NCBI GenBank assembly: GCA_003971905.1
Contig: RSEE01000019.1
Location: forward strand, 558,001-622,000
From: Moniliella sp. 'wahieum'
Lineage: Eukaryota
Direction: 5' to 3'
Length of the DNA: 64,000 nucleotides
Shown: positions 1-11,752 of the stretch, one piece after another
Layout: every line of letters starts with the position of its first letter
How positions within the stretch are numbered: the stretch's first letter is position 1
Notes under the pieces: generated by a model
What the model saw: only the letters and a program-made list of their open reading frames with translations
Database searches by the model: none
Told to the model about the DNA's origin: nothing
Program-made: the position numbers and the translations under genes

Positions 1-199
1 CCGCAGTAGCATATTGCAATGCCTCCGCACACGAGAGGAAACAACCTGTACATCAGATTCTGCCTGGCTGTGTCCGACACACACTCTCCGCCGTCCGACG
101 TTGACAAAAACCGGTATATGTACGTTTTTTGGAAAGAGTTTTAGGGCTCTTCTGATGGAAGGAAAACCCTCCGTCCGGAAAACCAGCTGCACCGTCACT

Positions 200-1120
200 T
201 CAGGATGGACACCAATCGATGATGGAGGAGCGGTACCAGCCTCCCATTCGATATACGTGAAAAGTTTTGTGGGCCTCTATGCTTGGAAACGCCATCGGAT
301 GAGTGGCAAGGCAATATGGGGGAAGGGCGCACTGCGACTGACCATGCAGCTTCAATGCGCTTATTCGCATTGTGAGACCATTGCGGTATCTGAAGCTGTC
401 GCATGTCAAGTGAGATATGAGAGGCCAGCGAGTACACTTGTCCCAAAAGCACCACACATAGGAGACTACTATGCCGGTGAAGAGCTGTTCAATTTTGTGG
501 AGGGGGTATTGGTCCAACTTCAATAACCTATCATTCAACCTTCGACCTCCTGACAAAAGTGAATGCAAGCAACAGCTATACACCGGCAGCACTTAGTGTG
601 CAGTGTGTTGTATGTTCATACACCATTTACAGAGAAGGAGCCTAAGCCAAGTTGGAAAAAGAAACGCTGCACTTATGAACTCGGCTCGCTTATCCACCGA
701 GAAGGTGCTGCTCGCTCGTGTTGACAACTAACAAGTAGGAGACGAGCAGAGTTGTCAGCAAGTCGGAGGGCCCTCTCTGTGGTTCCCGACATTCGCTTCC
801 GAAGGAATGTGGTGTGAGTGGATACAAATGAGCACAGCAGACACATGTGATGAGGGAATGAATCATTTTGATCCATTTTGAGACTGCTTTCCTCAGAGCA
901 ACTATAGTAGTAAAGAGTCTCCAGTGCTGTCAACATCTTTTGTTAACCGTCGTCTCGTGGTGGTATAATCCCCCCGCGTGCCAGCATGACCAAGGAGGAA
1001 GGATGGCTCTTGAGTGCGTCCGTTTGGTGCTTGGCGTTCTCCAAGAGCCCATGCAGCTGCTTCTCCTGGCTCTGGCTTCTTGTGTATACCATGTTGCAAG
1101 ATTAATCGTCATAGCTCAGC
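200..1120 (-). mobile_element. Degenerate transposon remnant, probably a Helitron RepHel fragment
   Basis: Broken minus-strand frames give 'RAILPPWSCWHAGGLYHH' and 'TLYYYSCSEESSLKMDQNDSFPHHMCLLCSF'. These loosely resemble recalled Helitron N-region motifs (LFPxLFPxGxG...YxKxRLLxxDPRFRxH). Lower GC than the flanking genes, many stops. Confidence 0.3.
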
Positions 1121-1915
1121 ACATGAAGCACGATAAGCGCTAAGCGTGCTGCACTACGTGTTGCATGATGGTCAAGCAAGCCATTAAGCTTGAAGCTTGA
1201 AGATGCATGTTGCTCGAGCAAAAAGTAGACTCTACTGGTCGTCCTTGGTTGGTGCTGGGTATTGCGACTGATGTGTCTTGCATAGGCCAGTGGCGGGGCG
1301 AGCAGAGCTGCGACCACGCAGGCAGGGTCTTTCAAGTGTCGTTGCCGTATCGCCAGCGCAGCCAGGCCCAGCACTGGCCCAGCCCCCTTGTCCAGCATTG
1401 GCCTTGAAGCTTGACATACGTGACATGTCAAGGTGCTTGCGATGCCTGAAGCTTGAAGAGCGACGAGGTGCCTCCGGACAACATGCAGCTGCCCCATGCG
1501 TCAATTCCCGGTGGCGGCAAGATATGGGATTCCCCACACAGGGGTGGCGCCTGCGGGTAGCCGAAGCAGGCGCGTGGCCAGTGTGTTGCGCTGGTGCCCT
1601 GCGGTGCCCCCTTTGGGCCTGGGATTGGCGTGACGCGTGATGCGTGGCCGCGTGACCGGGTGACCCCACCGAGACTGCATGCCAGATGCGCCGCATTTCC
1701 GCGGCTCGCATGGCAAGCGAAGGCTGCGGAGGTGGGGGCAGCAGCGCCGCATCCCCCCCTGCGCCGCACCCGCCCTGCTCCCTCTGCATCCCCAGCAGCC
1801 CCGCTCGGCCAGCGACCATCGACCATCGCCTGCCCAGCGCCAAGTGCTGCGACTTCCTTCCGCCGACCTATACCCCCCCGTGTCTTGTGTCGGTCATCCC
1901 ATAGCCTCCTCTCGC

Positions 1916-2710
1916 ATGAGCTTGCCGTCTCCTCCGCCAGCGCTCCCGCGCTCCCCCCGCCCCGCACGTACTCACGCCAGGTGTTGCTTGGTGCCGTTCC
2001 CGCTCTCTTGTTGCCCTGGCTGCTTTTTGGCTGCTCTCGCATCCTCCCCATCCCACGTCCATGCCGCCCACCCGTCGGCACCGGCATTGGTGAGGCCAAC
2101 AATGTCACTTCCCTCGCCGGCACGTGGAGCAGCGGCTCAGGCCATGTCCTGACTGGGCTTGGCTTCTTTAATCCAGCCAACTACTCCTTTACCTATCCCA
2201 GACGGCCGGCATCAGCTACAGCTTCACCGACGATGGCTTCTTTGAGGAGGCGCAGTACCAGTACAACATCAACGGAAGCGACCCTCTGTGTGTCTGCCTA
2301 CCTTATTTGGCAGCACGGCATGTACCAAGTCAACGACACCAACTGGATCATCCTCACCCCCTTCCGTGCCGATGGCGCCATGCTCCAGGCTTCTCGCTGC
2401 GCTGGCAAGACGGAGCAAGTCCAGTGGTACGGTCAACATGAGAACCTGAAGGGCTTCCAGATTGGTATCGATACCCACTATGACCAAGCGGCCTATTACC
2501 TTCAACTGTACAATTTTGACGGCTCTCTCAAACCGCTCATGTGGCAGCGTTTCAACCCACCTCAAATGCTGCCTACACAGCCACTTAGGCGATCTGTTCG
2601 TCATTCCCTTCCGCCTTGCTGCGCTGGTGTCCTACTGTCCTCCCCGATACTGACTCTACCTTTCTTTTGCTCCACAGCCCGAATCATCCAACAGCCAGGA
2701 TGTGCTTTAG
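1916..2710 (+). CDS. ROT1: ER chaperone Rot1 (apparent frameshifts; probable 3' intron)
   Basis: NVTSLAGTWSSGSGHVLTGLGFFNP...SFTYP, GISYSFTDDGFFEEAQY (alternate frame), WQHG, LTPFRADG and LQLYNFDG...PPQMLPT are Rot1 family motifs. ATG at 1916; the 3' end is approximate. Confidence 0.85.
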
Positions 2711-3289
2711 GTCGCTGTTGCATACTAGTTCGGTTTTACTCCCCTGCACTTGGCGTCAAGGATGTGAATTACCCCGGTCCATCGCCTGGCTATCATTAAT
2801 GCCATATTCTCTCATCGCCAGCATTCTCCGGCCTTGCCGCCGATCTCTCTCCCCATCACTACATGTTTTACGGTTTGTATGCCGCTTTCTCCTGCCCCTC
2901 CTCTTCGTCTTCGAACTTTCTTCCCCCCTCTATCGCGGGTGTTCTCTACGCAACAAGTGCCGAACGGACGTGTCTCTTCCCTCGACTTCCTTTGTACCTC
3001 GCTCAAACGAGTACTGGTAATGGTACAACCCTGTATCTTTCTGCCAACGCACACTTCGTCTACCATCAAAATTACGGGGTCCATGAATCGACTCTTTTGG
3101 GGGATGGAGGGAAGACTGGTACCCGTAGCCGGATGGCGGTATAGGTCTGCTGTTGGGCCTGTCCCTACGTGCAACCACCAGTCACGACGACCTAGTCTCT
3201 GCAGCAAGTCAAATTGAGCCAAGACCAACCACATACCACCACGCTTTCATCGGAACAGGACCAATTCACGGTCCAGCAAGGAGTTCACC

Positions 3290-4750
3290 TAGATCCCGCT
3301 GCTACATAAGATACAGTAAGACATATTTTGTAATTGGGGGTAGAGGGGATACCACCGGCAGCACCTTCAATGCGACTGAGCGCCATGAGCACAGACGAAG
3401 AGCGGATATTTTGATGTGAGCCTGTACTACTAGTATCACGGTAAATTCTGGGGATGTGTGGGCCCTTCATTATGTGACTCGCTCGCAGCGCGTCTGACAA
3501 CGCACGGGACAAGAAGGAGTGTCTTCGGGCGAAAATGTCCCACAGCAACGTTGGGTTTCACGATAGGTTCGTTAAAGCCATCGAACGAATGGATCGTTTC
3601 CATTTGTCCACATGTCTTTGTACTCGTTTGACTCAGACTTACACCACCTCGATGTATATAATGTTGGTCCGAATTGACCCTGAGGCTTGATGCACCTTGA
3701 GTATACGTTGAGCATGCCCTCATCATCAGAGCTTTTACATTACATTGTGGTCTACTACCATGTATATCCCATTGCTTTATCAGGCCTGAGACCAACACAT
3801 GGGAAAAGTACTTAAAGCATGGCAAAGCCTTTAATCTGTTGGACGACGGAAGAGCATGCCATTCATCGAGCTGTATCATGGATTCGCTGATTCGTTTTAC
3901 CAGCAATTCCAATACCAAGCAGTATGTTAACAAGCAGCGCTACAAGGCTTGATATTCACATTTTCACTGAAGCTGATGTGCTTCTCAGAACAATGTATTG
4001 AACATGGAACCCCTTGGAAGAAGCGACCTGAATCATTTTTCTTATCCAGAGATCAGAGAGCAGGAGCTGTGCGCTCACTAACAAAACTGCGAATCTTCTC
4101 AAGCAATAGAGGGTCAAAACGCTCCATGGTGATTGAATCGAAGTCTTCCCGTTTCTTGGTAAAAACTTCGAGTTCACTCCCGATGTAGTGCCCTCCGCTC
4201 CTTCCCTAGTACATGCATTTCTCAGAATGTCCACTGTTCAAAGGGATAATATATCCGTCCCTCTCTAGTCTTTTACCTCTACACATCACAGAAATGAACT
4301 GCTCATGCAAGATGGACACACACGGCTTTCGCCTTTGTTTTCATCACGAACGTACGAGCCCCACCACCCACAACAAAGCCAGACCTACTAAAGCACTTAT
4401 TTAGATCCACCAACACAGACTGTTATCGAAAAGAGTAATCCGAGGATGTTAGGGCAAGATTGGGAAGCAAAATGTTTGATATGGTGCCTTCTTTATCTTC
4501 CTCTAGGTCTGACACCTCTCGCCGAACTTCCGTCTGAACTCGCATGATAGAGGGCGCAACAGCAATGCACACAAACCATTGGAGATCCATACAGTGCTAC
4601 CCGTTGGGCCCATTCCTGGGCGTATATCATACTTGCCGAGGCAACCCTTCCTTCAGCTCGTTGCCAAGGGTTTGCCCAGACCACCTTGGCCAAGTTTTCT
4701 TTGGAGGTGAGCATGTTCCTTCGGACGCATTGAGTACTGACCGAGCCCGA
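3290..4750 (-). mobile_element. Degenerate transposon remnant, probably the N-terminal part of a Helitron RepHel
   Basis: Fragments 'YAQEWAQRVALYGSPMVCVHCCCALYH' (W..P.CV.C motif), 'ALPCFKYF' and 'RACSTYTQG...QHYIHRGGVSLS' resemble recalled fungal Helitron N-termini. Interrupted by stops and frameshifts. Confidence 0.35.
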
Positions 4751-5013
4751 GGCGCTGATTCCGGTAAGCCGATCTTAAATTATCTCGACGTCATGGATGT
4801 GTGTCATGACGCGCGGTTCTACAGCCTGTAGGAGCAATCCGTTTGTTGCTGACTATGGATATAACATGTAAGTCCCCCCACCTGCTTCCCTCTAGCCAAC
4901 TAAAGCTGGGCTGTGGGATCTTATTACCCATGATGAGATGATTGGAGATGAGAAAAGAGAAAAGAGTACAAAGGCTCGGAGCCAACCGTGTCGCAATTCA
5001 TCATTGTTATCTC

Positions 5014-6384
5014 TTACTTTTTCTTTTTGCTCGCTGGCGCTTTAGCTGAATTGGCAGCCCCCTTCCGCTTTGGCCCACCTGCGCCACCTTTCCACCGGAG
5101 GCAGCAGGCGGCGCCTTCATCTTAAAGAAACTGTCAAGTCGACCTTGAGGCTTGGCTTGGTGTGCCTTGGTCAGCGTCTCAGCGCCCTTACGCACCCGGT
5201 CCTCTGCAAAGCCCTTTTCCTTGTGGAGGAAATCCACCAAGCCTTCGATATCCGGCAGCTCCCATTGAGCTGGAGCGGTGAAACAGAGGAAGAAGAGTTA
5301 GCTCAGAGGTAAAGGATAAGGAAGGGGGATGGGGTATGCGACGCACCTCGATATCATCTCCCTTGGTCACACTTGGGTGCAGGAAGAGCTTTTGGGCTTC
5401 TTCATAGGGATACATCTCTGGAATAGAGATGCTCTTTGAGTTTTCCTCGCGGAGCGCCTCCATGACTTTCTCGAGTGTGTGGTGGGTGCGAATAAGTTTG
5501 AGCGCCTTTTTGGGTCCGACACCCTTGATGGGCTCGAGGTAGTCGCAACCCAACAAGATACAGAGATCGGTGAATTGTTCTTTGGTCAAATCCAGCCCCT
5601 CGAGTGCCTTATCGAGGTGTACCTCGTCGACGGGCAAGTTCTTCGACTCGCTAAAGGTAAGATGTTTGAGCAGGATCGGTGCACCAAACGTGAGTGTATC
5701 CATGTCCTCCGAGCCAGCCCCAAAGACCTTACCGGCGCGGACAAGCTCGGCACATTGTGCCTCGGCCTCGGGGGGCGATGACCCAAGGAATGCCCATCAG
5801 GGTTAAGAGACGGCGCACTCTTCATTATGCTGGCGCGTGGGCCGGACCTGACGACGGGCAAGTTGGTCCATTCGCTCACTGTCGGCTTAAGAGCAAGCAG
5901 AGGAACGGTTAGTACAGTAGGGATCAGCGGAGGCAAAAAAAGACCACGTACCAACATCTTTCTCCTCGTCCTCTTCCTTGCGTGCATCTTCACGCTTTTC
6001 AAACCGTTGGGAGAGTACAGTTTTCTTAAGGTCAGGGGGGCGCCATCAAAGACGTACATGGGCTTGATGCCACGTCAACCATGCGAAGGGTGCGGTAGAA
6101 GAATCCGATCAGATGCGATGTGGTTTCGCCGTCGGCAGTCATGAGCGGAACTCCATCTTGGCGGATAGCAATTAGAAACTGGTAGAGACTCATGGAAGCA
6201 TCAATGGCCACTTTACGGCCAAAGTAGGTTTTGATGTCGTTGCCCTTGATACTGTCCGGAGCTTCGTCCTGCAACAGCTTGGTGAGTCCTGGCAACGGCG
6301 GCAAGCGGGGAGAGGGGTTAGGGGCAGCCCAGGCGAGCATGCAGTGGATGTGCGCGACGGGCAGTACACACCTTTGATACCCAT
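5014..6384 (-). CDS. RAD27: Flap endonuclease 1 (intron-containing)
   Basis: MGIKG-[intron]-[79 protein letters not shown] (H3TH) and the PCNA-binding PIP box QGRLDSFF. Confidence 0.96.
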
Positions 6385-6561
6385 TCTTGCGAGGGGTAGG
6401 AGAGAGGGTTGGATGGAGGGTTGGTGGCTACTTGCTGGTCCTCGGAACGCGACGTGCACCAATTTGAATCGCCACGACGCCACGCGTCTCCGCCGTGTTC
6501 CGGACTTGACTCGAGTCTGGTGGAGGCCTACGCGCCGACGCGCTTACGTCCGCACGTGTCA

Positions 6562-6910
6562 TTTGAACATTGAACATTGATATTGAACGTTGAACGTTGA
6601 ACAGGGGCGAGGTTGTCCAATGCGTGATGGATGTTTTGAACATTTGCTGTGTGAGATTTTGAGATCTTGGGATGTTCAAGCTTGAAGCTTGAAGAGCTTG
6701 AAGCTTCAAGCTTGAGAGGGGGAAACCAAATTGTGTTTCATTCAGTGATACCAAGTCAACCAACGTACCCAGCACAACAGAACACAACCCAGGGCGCTGC
6801 CGGCGTCTCAGATCTCAGTACCTCAGGGCCTCAGTACTCAGTCTGAGTGAGTAGTGAGTGGTAGACTCAGTCACGTTAAGCGTTAACGCTTAACGACGTT
6901 CACGCGTTCA
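6562..6910. repeat. Cluster of 7-bp NN-TNA-NN quasi-palindromic arrays
   Basis: (R)TTGAAC run at 6562-6602; CTTGAAG/CTTCAAG run at 6674-6716; TCTCAGA, CCTCAGG and ACTCAGT units at about 6805-6845. Confidence 0.85.
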
Positions 6911-8219
6911 ACAGAGCCCCGACCTGCCAGCCCTTCCCCGACACCTGCTCCACTCGATATGAGTCCCAACTTCAAGGAGAGCTCGATACAGTTTTGTGCT
7001 ATAGCTTCCGGAGGTCAGATATTGATGCATTTCTCTTTGGGACTGGACTTCCCCCGGATCCATGGGGACGTGGAGAAAGACGGGATGACGCGCCACGCGC
7101 GTCGGCGGCGTGAGACGTTGAACGTTGAATAATAAATACGTTGACGCGCTCTTCATTGTGAGAACCACAAACCCTTTGACTCAGTTGTCATTTTTCGGGT
7201 GCGTTTTGCTCTGCATTCGATATTCATATGCTCCCGTGGTGCATCAAAATCTGAACGTTCCACGTTCTCAACAGCAACATATCCCCATTTTTTTGCTGAT
7301 CCCGAGGGGCCCACACATGCTGGGAGAGTTGAATACATTGAATACGCAGCGCGAGCGTTGCAGCGAGGTAACCGGTAATGTGGGAAGAGCATGAGTAATT
7401 GGCACATGTCATGGCGCGCCACCGTGGTTATTGAACACGTTTTAAGTACACGCACCAGAATACGGCTCTTTATGCCACTCAATATTTTGAGCGTACTGTG
7501 ACAAGCACGGTCTAATTGTCCTTCAACTCAGTGCTTTCTGGGCGCCTTACCTCCATCTTCGTCTATAAGAGCAAATGTGGACAGGAATCACTAGTCACCA
7601 TTGAAACCCATCTTGTGGCCTGTACCCGAGAAGGAACAGAGGAGGCACTCCACGAGCAGATGAGGAGGGCGAACCCTCAAATTTATTGGTGCACTCTATT
7701 GTGACGCGCGTGTTCTGCGCATAGCACGGATTATCGGGTAAGGCGAGAGAAGTAGGGTGGCGTTTGATTTGGTCATATAATTTGGATGGAGCTGTTTGTA
7801 CGCGCACTCAGGAGAACATGTGTTACAAAAGGCCTCAAGGAGGCGACACATGCACCGAGACGCCTCTGGGAGCAGCACATCATCTATCGCAGTTCCACCA
7901 ACGGATTGGAAGAATAAGAACGCCAAAAGTCGAGGACGCATCTCTTCAAGATTGTTTTATCCTCTCTAACTAGCCACTACGCATGTGCATGTGCGTAATG
8001 CTAACCATGTAAGAGCCGTCACCTGATGAGAAGGTGTTTGTTGATAATGGGAAAAAATAATGCAGGAAAGGGACTCGCTGTTGGGAACGCGGCCCATCGA
8101 GTTACCATGCCCAACGCCGCTTTGCCAATTCATCCCTATCACTTTGGGGGTTCCGGTTATGCATGCCCACCCGATTCGGAGTTGTGTGCGGCGGGTGCCA
8201 GAAGAACGAGTACGCCGGT

Positions 8220-9870
8220 ACCTGCAACCGTAACTAATAGGTACTAGTAATGCATATAATGCATAATGAGTAACTGGTAACTCGTATACGCGTCACGCGT
8301 TACGCTCTGGTAACTAGTTACTAGTTACTAGTTACTGTTGCTAGCTTCCATGCACTCTATGAAAACAGCGAATGTAAGGCACCGCGGCGCACACCAGGGC
8401 ACAGCAGCCCACACGCCATGTGTGCATGATGCATGCCACAAGTCACCGGTCACGGTCACCGGCAGCCATATCATCGCTCTGCCTGCATCATGCATCCGTG
8501 CATCAGCGCATCAGCCATCGCGGCATGGGCGCATATTGTGAAGCTGGTTTTAAGCGGCTATGCGCGACCGAGTCCTGTTTCAAGCCCCAGCGTCTCGTTC
8601 AAATATTGGCGATATCGATTGTCCAGTCAACGTGTAACATCCTAGACCCTGGCTCAATACTCAGGTACTGAAGTACGACTTGCACCGATGTTCTAATGCA
8701 TAACAAGTGACATGTGACATGTGACGCGTGACGTGTGACAGGGGACGCATGGTGCATGGTGTGTGATGCTGTGAAGTGGCCGGCCACATATGCGCAGCCT
8801 TGTGCAATGCGTAATGCATTACACCAGCAGCCAGTACGGCCCTGGTTGTAGGATTGAATTGCGAGGTGTGAGATCTGAGAACAAGCCGCAGGACGACGGA
8901 CTGGACGTACTGGACACGCACGCATCCTGCATCATGCATCATGCATCAAGCTTCCAAGCTTGAAGCAGGTTAGCGCTTTAGCCTCAAGAGAGCAAACCCT
9001 TGCTCCGCCTTGACGCGTACGTATGACTTCCCACGGTTCTAGTGGATGGTTTTACTTAGGCTCGGGGACTAAGGCAAGGTCTCAGACCCTAGGGTCTCAG
9101 CCGCTTCAATGTAGCTCAGTATTCAAAATACTAACTTGCATTGCGCGCTGGTGCTGATGTACTGATTGGTACTGGTACTCAACGTCTCAACGTAACTAAT
9201 GCTGTACAGGGGCACTGAGCGCCTGCGCCGTTGCTCCCAGTAGTCAGACTCAGTACGTACTCATGTACTCAGTTATTCATTTCGACACGGAGACAATTGT
9301 CACCCTTCGCACGGTGCATCACGCATCGTTAGTGATTAATCATTAATCATGTATCGCATTGTCACATGTCACATGCCACTTCTCCTCGGCTGAGCGGGCG
9401 CGCTGAGCGCGCTCAGGCTGAGCTGAGGGTCCGCTCCCAGTCAGCTCTCAGCCGGCTGAAGCTGAAGCTTGAAGCTCCGGCCTGGCACGTGTCGAGTACT
9501 CTGGTTAGTAGTTAGGAGTTACTAGTTACTAGTTAATAGTTGCTTTAGGTTACTCAGAGTACTGAGTAAATACTCGGTTGAACGTTGAGTGTACGTTGAG
9601 TGTACGTTGAGTGTACGTTGAGTCGTACTCATTGTACTCAGTACACTCAAGACTCAGTGAGTACTCAGTGTACTGAGTACCTGAGTACTGACTGGCACTG
9701 AGATGCATGTGAGATGTGAGATGCGTGATGTATTACGTGTGATGCATCACATGCATCACATGATGACCTGGTCACCGGCACTGGAAGGCACAGCTGTGCC
9801 GTTGCTGGCTGTGATCGATGATCTAACATGTGGCATGCGAGACCGGGTGACCGGTGACCGGTGACCAGCA
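8220..9870. repeat. Dense field of 7-bp NN-TNA-NN quasi-palindromic arrays
   Basis: GGTAACT-(AGTTACT)3 at 8309-8336; AGTGACA-TGTGACA-TGTGACG-CGTGACG-TGTGACA at 8706-8740; (CATCATG)2 at 8930-8943; (GGTGACC)3 at 9846-9866; an 11-mer (GTTGAGTGTAC)3 at about 9584-9622. Confidence 0.9.
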
Positions 9871-10026
9871 GCTGTCGGCGTCGCTGCTACGTACACCCTT
9901 AGGTACCCAAGCCAGCCTGGCAACACCCCCTTCCGCCTCTCCCCCGCCCCGCTTTTGCCCTCGCAACATTCTTCCTCCCCCCGCCACCACTGCCATCGCC
10001 ACCACTACCACCCGCCTCTCCTCCCC

Positions 10027-11752
10027 ATGTCCGAGTCTTTCGCACAGCCTCTTTCTGCCGCTCCCCACCCCACAGGCGGGCTGCCCGCTTCCACGGCAAC
10101 CCCGTCAGCTTGCCATGTCTGGCCAGTGGACTTACCCGATGTCCGCTGCCCGATCCATCCCTGTCTTCAGCATCGCATCCCGCCCCAGGCCATTCTGCCG
10201 GCGCCTCCTCCAACACTCCTCTTGGATCTGGCGCCCTCAACTCTCCTGCCCCTCTCCCCGCCCCGCTAGCGCCTCAGTTGCCCGGCATGTCGGGCCGGGA
10301 GGACCTACGCGTCGCGCCTCTCATGCCCATGAGTGGCCCCGAAGGCGCTCAGATTTCGGCTCGCGTCACGCTCCCGACCCATTTACTCGATCAGCAACGT
10401 ACCGGCCCAAACGACCAGCAGTTCCACTTTACCATGGGCACGTACCTCTTTGCCGCCCACACCACTTATGAGCAGCCCCCCGCGCCTGGCTTCGCGTCGG
10501 TTATTCTTTTTACCAATGTGCCTATGCTCGCCGACGCGCCCGGTCTCGGCACCGAATTTCCGATTCAGATCCAATTCCGGCCTGCAGGTTCGCGCCGCCT
10601 CGCTATACAGCCTTGGTACTTTCCAGATCAGTATGTGTCCCCTCCTTTCCGATGCCTGCGTGCTGACCCATTTGGCTCCCGATGCACAGACACCAAACGT
10701 CACCCATCCAAGCCTGAGTCTGGCGCGTCTGAACTGTGGAGTGTAGGCAATGCTCAACCAGCACCGCCGCAGTATGGCCCGATCCGAGGCGCAGGCAGCA
10801 TGGCCGGCGGAGCGCGCCCCTGGGACCCCGCCAACCCCTACATGCGCGGTCGCTACTCGGACCACGCGCCGCCCCGGCCTGGCTCGCCTGGCCGTGCCGT
10901 GGCGCCGCGCGCCTCGCTGCCTGGAGTGAGCGGGATGCCGATGCCACCGTTGGGAGCGCCGCCGCTGGTTCGCGCGCCCCAGTCCAACCACTCGCACGAT
11001 GGCAGCTTCGTTTCCGATCCCATGTCCAACAGGCCCAGGGCCCAGCTAAAGCTGCAGGGCGACTTGAGCTCCATGGCATATGGCTGGACGGTCGATGAGC
11101 TACAAGAGGGCCGGCTGGTGCAGTTTTGGCGCAAGCAGGAAGGTACCACCATTCACGCCACCTTCCGTCCGATTATGCTGGAACAATACGTGAAGAACTC
11201 GATCGTCGTTTCCTGCATCTTCCGTGCTGATCGCAACGAATGCTACATCACTTCTGTCGATACGATTCTCTTGCTCGAGCGCTTGTCGCAAGCCGCTTCT
11301 CGATCGAGGAAAAGAACCGCATTCGCCGCAACCTGGAGGGCTTCCACCCCGAGACGGTTCGCAAGCACTCGGGCGGCTCGGAAGACTTTTTCAAGCGAAT
11401 CATGAATTTCAAGGACCCCAAGCCTCGTACGATTGCGAAGGACGTCAAAACATTCTCGTGGAAGGTGTTGGAGCATGCGCTGTGCAAGGTGATTGAAATA
11501 TGTGGGCGACGTGCCAGAGGTGAGCCCAGCTCATCGGGGCGGTATGCCTTCATCGCTCCTCGCCGTGGACAGCATGCATTTCCTTCCGCCTGTGGCTCAG
11601 TCGGCCCCGCTGCAGTAATACGAAGCTGGTCATTTTCGCAGTGTTGGCTTTTTCCCTATCTGGGTGCTGTGCAAGATACACTTCATGCATTGCCTTACCG
11701 TTTGACTGTGGCTCTGGTTGGCGTGCTATGTTCTCTGCCCCGCCCCGCGTAA
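10027..11752 (+). CDS. Medusa/MedA-like developmental regulator (DUF7082-type domain)
   Basis: LQGDLSSMAYGWT...RLVQFWRKQEG...SIVVSCIF...CYITSVDTILLLE...FSIEEKNRIRRNLEG...FFKRIMNF.DPKPR.IAKDVK.F.W is the conserved MedA C-terminal domain. Ends are approximate because of frameshifts. Confidence 0.85.

Noticed and set aside
8220..9870. Heptamer arrays as bZIP/bHLH binding-site clusters or telomeric repeats
   Set aside because: The flanking dinucleotides vary too widely for one factor, and there is no TTAGGG-type strand-biased repeat.
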